Shown here one piece after another: positions 56,863-64,000 of a stretch of DNA of 64,000 nucleotides (position 1 is the stretch's first letter; each line of letters begins with the position of its first letter). Made by a program: the position numbers and the translations under genes. The stretch covers positions 65,229 to 129,228 of the forward strand of contig JBKQNC010000011.1 of assembly GCA_052326445.1 (NCBI GenBank). Direction: 5' to 3'. This DNA comes from Thermoplasmata archaeon. GTDB taxonomy: Archaea; Thermoplasmatota; Thermoplasmata; Lutacidiplasmatales; UBA184. Under the pieces are notes generated by a model that was given only the letters and a program-made list of their open reading frames with translations, was not told the origin of the DNA and ran no database searches.

Positions 56863-57717
56863 TCAGCTTCGGCGCCAGCTGACCAATCGGGGGCCTTGAA
56901 CTCGGTTTGGCGAACGCACCCGACGTATCATGGCGGGGCGAGCTCGGTGAGCCGCGTCCGAATAGACCCACATTTCTTCGAGCCCACCCGCGTTCCGGGC
57001 GAGGTTTCCCAGGGCGCGCGCGCTGAGAATGGCGTGAGGGCAAGCCTCCCAGAAAACCTGGTCCGGTCTGCCCGTGACTTGTACCGTGATTCGTCCTTCT
57101 TCCCATCGGCGAGGGGGTGATCCCCAGGCTCGGCCGTGGCTGCGCCATTCAACCATGAGACTTCCCTTGGGTAGTAGTGTGACCTTCCAGGCATTTCGAA
57201 TCGGGAGCGGTCGGGCTCCCTCGGGGTGGAACGTCAAGTCGATTGCCAATACTCCTCCCGGAGCGAGACATCTCCGGGCAGCATCGAAGAAGTCTATGAG
57301 GTCCTCCTCTTCGACCAGGTAACCCAAACTGTCCAACGGCACGACCGCCAGCTCAACTCGTTTGGGGAGGCTAAAACTGCGAAGGTCGCCCACCAACCAG
57401 TTCTTCGGCCTGACACGTGAGCCGCTCAATTCTTGGGCCCGTGCGATCGCGAGGGGCGACCGGTCCACCCCGTACACTTCGACGCCTTGGGCCGCCCAAA
57501 GTCGTGCCAAGGGTCCCGAACCGCAAGCGAGTTCGACCGCGGTCTTCGGCGGTCTGCCGAATTCGGAGGCGGCCACGCGAAGGAAGGTGTGGGCTTCTTG
57601 GGAACGATCCCATGAAAACGCGGCATCGTAGACGTTTGGATAGCTGGACAAGTTCCGTGCCCGGCTCGGTCGTGGAGGTCGAGGAGGGGCGTCGGTAGGT
57701 TTCGGATTCCCGCTCAT
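56863..57717 (-). CDS. Class I SAM-dependent methyltransferase
   Basis: VYD, ELACGSG, GVD.S, GDLRSF.L and L.PGGVL.ID. Confidence 0.88.
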   Translation of the reverse strand: MSGNPKPTDAPPRPPRPSRARNLSSYPNVYDAAFSWDRSQEAHTFLRVAASEFGRPPKTAVELACGSGPLARLWAAQGVEVYGVDRSPLAIARAQELSGSRVRPKNWLVGDLRSFSLPKRVELAVVPLDSLGYLVEEEDLIDFFDAARRCLAPGGVLAIDLTFHPEGARPLPIRNAWKVTLLPKGSLMVEWRSHGRAWGSPPRRWEEGRITVQVTGRPDQVFWEACPHAILSARALGNLARNAGGLEEMWVYSDAAHRARPAMIRRVRSPNRVQGPRLVSWRRS

Positions 57718-57844
57718 CGCCCGCAATTCACCCGAACTCAGCAACGTCCTTTCTTAACTGCGGTTCCGAGCACCGCCACATTCCGGGTAAGGACTATGTA
57801 GGGCGCACCGCTCGGCGACCATCTCTCCGAGACGGAGCCCGGCG

Positions 57845-58522
57845 ATGGAAGAACCAGTAGTTGTCGGAACTGACGTCTGGAAAACGTACGGGAGCGGCGA
57901 GACCGCCGTCGATGCCCTTCGGGGACTGAACCTCGAAATCCGGCGGGGAGAGATGGTCGCGGTCATGGGACCGTCCGGCTGCGGTAAGACGACGTTCCTG
58001 AATTGCTTCTCCGGACTTGACACGGTCTCGAAGGGCAAAGTGACCATCGATGGGGTCGACATCCATGCGATGGCCGACGCGAAACGCAGCGAGTACCGGG
58101 CCAAGCGCGCCGGCTTCGTGTTCCAATCCTACAACCTCCTCCCAGTACTGGACGCCGTAGAGAACGTCGAATTGCCTCTCTTGATTGCCGGGATTCGGGC
58201 GAGCGAGGCCCGCCAGAGGGCCATCGACATGCTCGGACAGCTTGGACTCGCGGATCGAGCCCATCATCGGCCCGCCGAACTCTCGGGCGGCCAGGCTCAA
58301 CGGGTCTCCTTGGCCCGCGCACTGGTCGCCAAGCCGGCCATCGTTTGGGCGGACGAGCCCACGGGAAACCTGGATGACGAGGGGTCCCAGCAGGTCACCG
58401 TCCTCTTGCGGGAGCTCAATCACGATCATGGCCAGACGATGGTGGTCGTGACTCACGATGCGGAAGTGGCCAGCAGGTGCGACCGGGTTTTGAAGATGAG
58501 GGACGGCCGATTCATCGGCTAG
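57845..58522 (+). CDS. ABC transporter ATP-binding protein (LolD/MacB type)
   Basis: [29 protein letters not shown] and VTHD. Confidence 0.95.
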   Translation: MEEPVVVGTDVWKTYGSGETAVDALRGLNLEIRRGEMVAVMGPSGCGKTTFLNCFSGLDTVSKGKVTIDGVDIHAMADAKRSEYRAKRAGFVFQSYNLLPVLDAVENVELPLLIAGIRASEARQRAIDMLGQLGLADRAHHRPAELSGGQAQRVSLARALVAKPAIVWADEPTGNLDDEGSQQVTVLLRELNHDHGQTMVVVTHDAEVASRCDRVLKMRDGRFIG

Positions 58523-58540
58523 GTGGGGGCCGCCACAGAC

Positions 58541-61489
58541 ATGGTCAACGCCACGATCGGCGCCGGGTTAGTTCTCCTGCTCATCATCGCCGTCGTCGCG
58601 GGCGTGCTGATCCTGCGGCACCGGCTTTCCTGGCGCATCGCGATCCGCAACGCGCGGAGGGGTCGCGGACGAACCATTCTGCTGCTCCTTGGGCTCCTCG
58701 TCGGCACGATGATCATTTCCGGAAGCTTGTCGGTGGGCTCGACGGTCCAGAACCTGGTGGTCCACTACACCTACATCGGTGGTGGCAATGTTCACGAGGC
58801 GATCTACGGGGTCGCCCCAACGAGCTTGCGCCCCCTCAACTACAGCACGTTTCTCGCAATCGAGAATGCGGCGGCTGGGTATCCCAACATAGCGGGCATC
58901 ACCCCCATGGTGATGGGGACCGTACAACTCTATGACCAGGCTACCGGCGTTCCGGAAACTTCTCTCAACCTGATTTCCTCGAACGCCAACCAGAGCGCCA
59001 ATCTCGGCGTCTTCACGACGACGGCGGGCACGACCAGCACTGGACCCGGTCCTGGCCAAGCGTACATTGACGAGCAAACCGCACTCGCGATCAACGCGAG
59101 TGTCGGCGACACCCTCGAGGTCTTCGGGACCACGCACGCGGTCATGACGCTCGGAGCGATCGTCGTGGATGACGACCGGGGGGGCTACCAGACCGCCGGC
59201 GTGGTTCCGGGGAACGTCTTTGTCGACCTCGCGGCGGGACAGGCTCTAGAGAACCTCTCCAGCAAGATCAATTTTATCGCGGTCACGAACACCGGGGGGC
59301 AGATTGGAGGCATCGGACTTTCGGACACGGTAAGTGGATTCCTCAATTCGACGCTCGCCACCATCCCCTCCGCTGCCGGCCTCGAAGTGCATGAACCGCT
59401 CAAGGACGCGGTCGCCAGCGCGACCAGCTCAGGGGAGAGCATTGAGACCCTCTTCCTGGTCCTAGGCCTGTTTTCCATCGCCGCCGGCGCGATGCTCATC
59501 GTGGGGATATTCACGATGCTCGCTGAGGAGCGCAAGGGTGAGATGGGGATGCTCCGGGCCATTGGAATGCGACGACGGGACCTGGTGTACGTCTACCTTT
59601 TCGAGGGACTGGTGTACGGCGCCGGGAGCGCGCTGGCCGGGACGTTCCTTGGGGTGGTTGCGGGGTACCTTCTGACTTACGCCTTCAGTCCGCTGATCGC
59701 GACAGGCACGCTCACCTCGTCCGTGGTTCTCCAGTCGTTCACCGCCACCCCGAGCGACCTGGTGATCAGCTATGTCGCAGGGTTCCTCCTTACGCTGATC
59801 ACGGTCGCCGTCGCGAGCGCCCGGGTGAGCCGTCTCAACATCGTCGCAGCCATTCGGGACATCCCGCCGACGCCGCCACCTACCCGATTTTACACCTGGC
59901 TTCTGTACCTCGGAGTGGTCGTGACCCTTCTCGGGGCAGTCCTCCTCGGACCCAATCTCCACGGCACGTCGGACCTGTCCATTCCGATCCTCGGAGGAGC
60001 TCTCATCATCATCGGGCTCGGCCTGATCGCGGCCCGATTCGTCCGGAACCGATTCGCCTTCACCGCGGTCGGAGCCGCGCTGCTCGTCTGGGCGGGGGCC
60101 GAACAGGTCCACCGATACGTCTTGGGCAACTCCCACACCGGCACGATCTTCATCGTGTTCACCGAGGGCATTCTGATGGTCGGCGGGGCGCTGATGCTCT
60201 ACGTCTTCAACTCGGACCTCGTGACCGCCGCATTGCTTCGCCTCGCCCGCGGTAAAACAAGGGGCGCTCCCGTCGCTCGCGTCGCGCTTTCCTACCCCTC
60301 CCGCCGGCCAGGACGAACCGCTGTGACGCTCACCATCTTCGCCCTGGTGACGTTCGCGATGGTGTCCATTGCCTGCGTTGGGTCGACCGTCCAGTCCAAC
60401 CTGGGTAGTACGATTCAGACCCAGTCCGGGGGGTACACCTTCTTCGGAGAGTCCACGGAGCCCATGCCGAACCTTCCGCAACTGATCGCGAACAACTCCA
60501 CTCTGGCTCCCGAGATTTCGATCGTCGTGCCGGTGGCGGCCGGGCTTATCGAAGTGAACGTTCCCGGATCATCGCCAAATCCGTACCAGGACACGGTCTA
60601 CGCCGCCCCGGGGAATCAGTCGCCCTCGTCCAATTTCTACTCCACAAATCAATTCGGGTTTCAGTCCACGTGGAACGGATTGAGCCCTTCACAGGTTTGG
60701 GACCAGCTGGAGATGAACGCCTCGGTTGCCGTGGTGGACGGAACCTACGTTCCGTCGAGCGGGGTCACGGGGATTTCCAGCGCTCCCCATCCCCATCTGT
60801 CGGCTGGGGGGTTCATCGACCTCTCGCCTCCGGAGAGCTCGGCCGTTCTCACCGTGCGGGTCATCGGGGTTCTGACGGAGGTAACCGCTACCGGAGTCTT
60901 CCTCAACCCCGGGGCGGCAACTCACTTCGGCTACTCCTCGGAGATCGGGTATCTCCTCACGGTCCGACCCGGAGTCTCCACCTCCACGGCCTCCCAGGAC
61001 CTGAAACGGGCCTTCTTCACCGAGGGTCTGGTCCTGTACGACATCACTTCGATCCTTCAGAGCTCGATCGCTACCACGGAGGGGTTCATCGGGCTCCTCG
61101 AAATCTTTGTCGGTCTCGGCCTTGCGGTCGGGATCGCCGCCATGGGAATCCTGGCGCTCCGAGCTGTGGTCGAACGACGGCGCGAGATCGGCATGCTCCG
61201 GGCCATGGGGTTCACGGAGGGCGGAATTCTCCGTTCCTTCTTCTTGGAGTACTCGTTCGTTACACTGCTGGGCCTGGTGGTTGGCACGGCCCTCGGCGTG
61301 TGGATCGTCTACGATCTCTCGATCAGCCCCATCGCGGCGACAGAAGGAGTCTCGAACTTTGCCTTCCCCTACGTGACCGTGCCGATCATCCTCCTGGCTG
61401 CCTACGGACTGGCGATGCTAGCCATCGCCGCGCCGTCCATCCGGGCCTCCCGGATGCCGCCGGCGGAAGCCGTTCGGCCAACGGAATAG
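58541..61489 (+). CDS. FtsX/MacB-like ABC permease (duplicated)
   Basis: Two FtsX motifs, EERKGEMGMLRAIG and ERRREIGMLRAMG; large extracytoplasmic loops. Confidence 0.93.
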   Translation: MVNATIGAGLVLLLIIAVVAGVLILRHRLSWRIAIRNARRGRGRTILLLLGLLVGTMIISGSLSVGSTVQNLVVHYTYIGGGNVHEAIYGVAPTSLRPLNYSTFLAIENAAAGYPNIAGITPMVMGTVQLYDQATGVPETSLNLISSNANQSANLGVFTTTAGTTSTGPGPGQAYIDEQTALAINASVGDTLEVFGTTHAVMTLGAIVVDDDRGGYQTAGVVPGNVFVDLAAGQALENLSSKINFIAVTNTGGQIGGIGLSDTVSGFLNSTLATIPSAAGLEVHEPLKDAVASATSSGESIETLFLVLGLFSIAAGAMLIVGIFTMLAEERKGEMGMLRAIGMRRRDLVYVYLFEGLVYGAGSALAGTFLGVVAGYLLTYAFSPLIATGTLTSSVVLQSFTATPSDLVISYVAGFLLTLITVAVASARVSRLNIVAAIRDIPPTPPPTRFYTWLLYLGVVVTLLGAVLLGPNLHGTSDLSIPILGGALIIIGLGLIAARFVRNRFAFTAVGAALLVWAGAEQVHRYVLGNSHTGTIFIVFTEGILMVGGALMLYVFNSDLVTAALLRLARGKTRGAPVARVALSYPSRRPGRTAVTLTIFALVTFAMVSIACVGSTVQSNLGSTIQTQSGGYTFFGESTEPMPNLPQLIANNSTLAPEISIVVPVAAGLIEVNVPGSSPNPYQDTVYAAPGNQSPSSNFYSTNQFGFQSTWNGLSPSQVWDQLEMNASVAVVDGTYVPSSGVTGISSAPHPHLSAGGFIDLSPPESSAVLTVRVIGVLTEVTATGVFLNPGAATHFGYSSEIGYLLTVRPGVSTSTASQDLKRAFFTEGLVLYDITSILQSSIATTEGFIGLLEIFVGLGLAVGIAAMGILALRAVVERRREIGMLRAMGFTEGGILRSFFLEYSFVTLLGLVVGTALGVWIVYDLSISPIAATEGVSNFAFPYVTVPIILLAAYGLAMLAIAAPSIRASRMPPAEAVRPTE

Positions 61490-61675
61490 GTTGTCGAAAC
61501 CCGAAAATGATTCGAGTCTGTCATCTAGAAAGAGGTCCCCGCTCGGTCATTAGTTGCAAACAGCATTGCAGCCACTGGGTCCCGGACCTGAACGAGACTT
61601 GCTTAACCCGGGTCGTGTTACGTGGTCCGCTGGGCGAGGAGCCGCATCCGTCCGCCGGGAGATCGAAGGGCCCTA

Positions 61676-62083
61676 ATGCCGGAAACCGACGTTGGTCACT
61701 TGGTCCTCCGATTCGTGAACGAGATTAATCGACACGATGTCTCCGCAATCCTGGCGCTCATCTCCGACGACCACCTCTTCGTCGATGGCCTGGGTCAGGA
61801 GGTTCGGGGGAAGGAACACCTTCGGGAAGCCTGGACCTCGTACTTCGAATGGTTCCCGGATTATCGGATTCTGATCGAGAATCACATCGAGATGGGGATT
61901 CTAGTGGGCCTCTTCGGGTCCGCCAGTGGGACTTACGCGGTGAAGGGTGAACTTTCTCCCTCCCGACGTTGGAAGATTCCCGCGGCGTGGAAAGCCATCG
62001 TGAGGGAGGGAAGGGTCGAGCACTGGCAGGTCTATGCGGATAACGAGCCGGTGTGGAAGGTCATGGGAACGGCCCGTCCCTGA
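61676..62083 (+). CDS. NTF2/SnoaL-like protein
   Basis: F...IN.HD....L...D..F.D, W..YF..FPDY, PAAW.A and WQVYADN. Confidence 0.85.
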   Translation: MPETDVGHLVLRFVNEINRHDVSAILALISDDHLFVDGLGQEVRGKEHLREAWTSYFEWFPDYRILIENHIEMGILVGLFGSASGTYAVKGELSPSRRWKIPAAWKAIVREGRVEHWQVYADNEPVWKVMGTARP

Positions 62084-62300
62084 CCGGAATAACGAGAGAG
62101 CGGGCCCTTCGGCGCTGAGCGCAAACTGGATGGGCTCCTCAATTTCCCTTTTGAACAAGCCTCACCCACGGTGTAGGAACCGCGCGCAGATTCGTCACTT
62201 ACTCCTGGCCCAGGCGTTCTTCCCTTCGAGGAACGATCAAAAAAGGCCATCCGACAAACTATCGTGAACTAACCCGCAAGCCCACGTTGGAACCCACGGA

Positions 62301-62938
62301 ATGTTAGTTCTCGAAACCGAGGAACGACGCGGGCGGAAAGCCCGAAGGCGGGGAGTTTCACCCACTATTGCCATGATCTTGAAAGTCGCAATCGGAGTAG
62401 CACCGGCGGCGGTCCTCAGCGCACTGGTTTCAGGCTCTATCTACGGGCCAGGATCGACTCCCATCGGGAGCGGATTCGCCGCGGGAAGGGCGGTTTCGTG
62501 TTCCTCCTAGCAGGGAGGAGCCAGACATCGGGCCCGGCGGCGATTAGTGGCGGCTGCAACCCTGGGGACTTCATCTACACGCCGACCATCGAGGCTTCCA
62601 CCGTCACTTTCGGGAATGTGTTGTTCCAAGTGAAGGCGCCGTCGAGACAGATCTTCCGTTCCGGAGGTGCCACCTCCCCATTCGCCGTCCTGGACACGCC
62701 GGGCCGTGTCACGGCCATCAGCATCACGGGGCCTGCCGAAGCGATGAGTTCTCCGTGGCTTGGCTATGGCCTCACGACCCCGGGATCGACCTCCTCGGGT
62801 TCGACACCTCGGACGAACGTGTTGACCATCGCGATTGACCAAGCTTCGGCGTCACCGACCAGGAGTCTGGGGCTCCCGTTTGTGGTTCTGGGGGCTGGCT
62901 CGCACTTGGGCACGACCCAACCCGTCACTCTTCCGTAG
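62301..62938 (+). pseudogene. Frameshifted archaeal type IV pilin-like gene
   Basis: Class III signal RRRG|VSPTIA.IL.VAI in frame 62301. The domain continues in the frame of 62498 (GCNPGDFIY...VTLP); frameshift near 62500-62510. Confidence 0.75.
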
Positions 62939-63107
62939 GCACCACTCAAAGCGGTGGGCTGGCCCATTCCGTTGTTGCCGGTTTTCACCGATACTGTGCC
63001 AGGGTCTCGGCTGGGGTTCGGTAACCCGTTAGGCCCGTAAGGTTCATCCTAATCGCGCATAGTGGTGCAAATCAGAGCGGCGGGGACCGACAGGAAGGGG
63101 GAGAATC

Positions 63108-63728
63108 TTGAGTCCGACACCATCGAGGAGGCCGTCCGTCGTGATTCCCGAGGTCGTGGCCCATAGAGGGCAGAAGGAATACGCCGTCCCTCGCGAGTTT
63201 CGCCCCGCCAAGGACACCGCCCCCGGTCGGTATCCCCTTCTCAAGGTGTTCAAGGGGTTAGAGCGAACGATCCCCTTTCAGAAATACCCCGGGGACGACA
63301 AGACCATTCTGAAGATTGCGAAGCATACGTGGGCCAACATAGCCGAAGGTCCGGGGTGGATGTATGTGGCGCCGACCAAGACTCCACCGGAAGTCCGCCG
63401 GGGTGGCTTTCGAATGGTCGAAAGCCGGGAAGACGAGATTGTCGTGGCTCGTGCGCATCTTGCCAACAGCCCCACCATGGATGTCTACTTGGATCTGATC
63501 CACGAATTCATGCACATTCTCCAACGAAAGCAAGGACGAATCTTATGGCCCGGTCGCCTCCCGTATGTCGATCGGCCCACCGAGGTGGAAGCCTATGCGT
63601 TCTCGGTCGCGGAAGCCCGAAGACTGGGAGTCCCCGACAGTTATCTCAGGAAATATCTCGAGGTCCCATGGGTGACGCGGTCCGACGCTCGACGTCTCCT
63701 TCAAAACGTGGGAGTCTCAGCAAAGTAA
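63108..63728 (+). CDS. HExxH-containing hypothetical protein (putative zincin)
   Basis: HEFMH with a downstream Y.DRP.EVEAY third-ligand-like motif. Confidence 0.7.
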   Translation: MSPTPSRRPSVVIPEVVAHRGQKEYAVPREFRPAKDTAPGRYPLLKVFKGLERTIPFQKYPGDDKTILKIAKHTWANIAEGPGWMYVAPTKTPPEVRRGGFRMVESREDEIVVARAHLANSPTMDVYLDLIHEFMHILQRKQGRILWPGRLPYVDRPTEVEAYAFSVAEARRLGVPDSYLRKYLEVPWVTRSDARRLLQNVGVSAK

Positions 63729-63796
63729 CGGGTTCCGGGTCGGTGCAACGAGGAGTGCACCCACTTTCATTCTCCCCATGAGCAGAGGTCCCGGAG

Positions 63797-64000
63797 TCAA
63801 TGCGCTTCCAGACCGGCCGAAAGTTCCACGACCGCACCCGCGTTCGATTTTTCTGAGGAGCGGAAGAGGCTCTCGGCCAGGAGTACCTCCTCCCAGGCGG
63901 CTCCGGTGTTGAGGATGATCCGGGTTGCCTTTCGGTCTCGAACGCTCGGGCCAGCGCCCTTATCCAGAAGGGGACGAAGTTTCTGTCGCCGCGGGGGGTC
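63797..64000 (-). CDS. C-terminus of a possible ornithine cyclodeaminase/mu-crystallin family protein (partial)
   Basis: Hand translation ...RDRKATRIILNTGAAWEEVLLAESLFRSSEKSNAGAVVEL...; resembles the family's C-terminal G.A..D/E motif. Confidence 0.4.
   Translation of the reverse strand, partial: DPPRRQKLRPLLDKGAGPSVRDRKATRIILNTGAAWEEVLLAESLFRSSEKSNAGAVVELSAGLEAH

Noticed and set aside
1..64000. tRNA, rRNA, CRISPR array, integrase or transposase
   Set aside because: None seen by eye: no regularly spaced repeats and no cloverleaf around GTTCGA hits. A tRNAscan-SE, Infernal or CRISPR scan would be needed to exclude them fully.

Overview
GC-rich archaeal chromosomal window, most likely Thermoplasmata. 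This is inferred from TBP, a GHMP-type shikimate kinase, the archaeal aroA'/aroB' route, a thermopsin and archaeal pilin-like proteins. Bases 1-10.7 kb hold a minus-strand, translationally coupled aromatic amino-acid supra-operon (aroA'-aroB'-aroDE-aroK-aroA-aroC-asd-lysC-trpE-trpG) that runs off the left edge. The most striking feature is absent from the ORF track. Upstream of this operon lies a 23-codon leader ORF ending Trp-Leu-Trp-stop, followed by mutually exclusive 1:2 / 2:3 / 3:4 helices in which segment 4 is the Shine-Dalgarno of aroA'. That gene also appears to start at a non-AUG codon. Together these form a candidate Trp-sensing, ribosome-mediated translational attenuator in an archaeon. 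The rest of the window is mixed housekeeping and accessory genes: CoA-transferase, acyl-CoA dehydrogenase, two SSBs, DUF2252, DUF885, MFS, DEAD-box helicase, a K+-channel homologue with an aberrant filter, thermopsin, an NRAMP-like transporter, TBP, an orphan RnfD-like protein, a ubiquitin-like/beta-propeller pair and an ABC exporter. Also present are several unannotated microproteins (zinc fingers, a Lys-rich peptide), a small PIP-box protein, and three copies of a pilin-like domain, one of them a frameshifted pseudogene. I saw no tRNA, rRNA, CRISPR array or transposase. All calls come from motif reading by eye, with no database searches, and many start codons are inferred.
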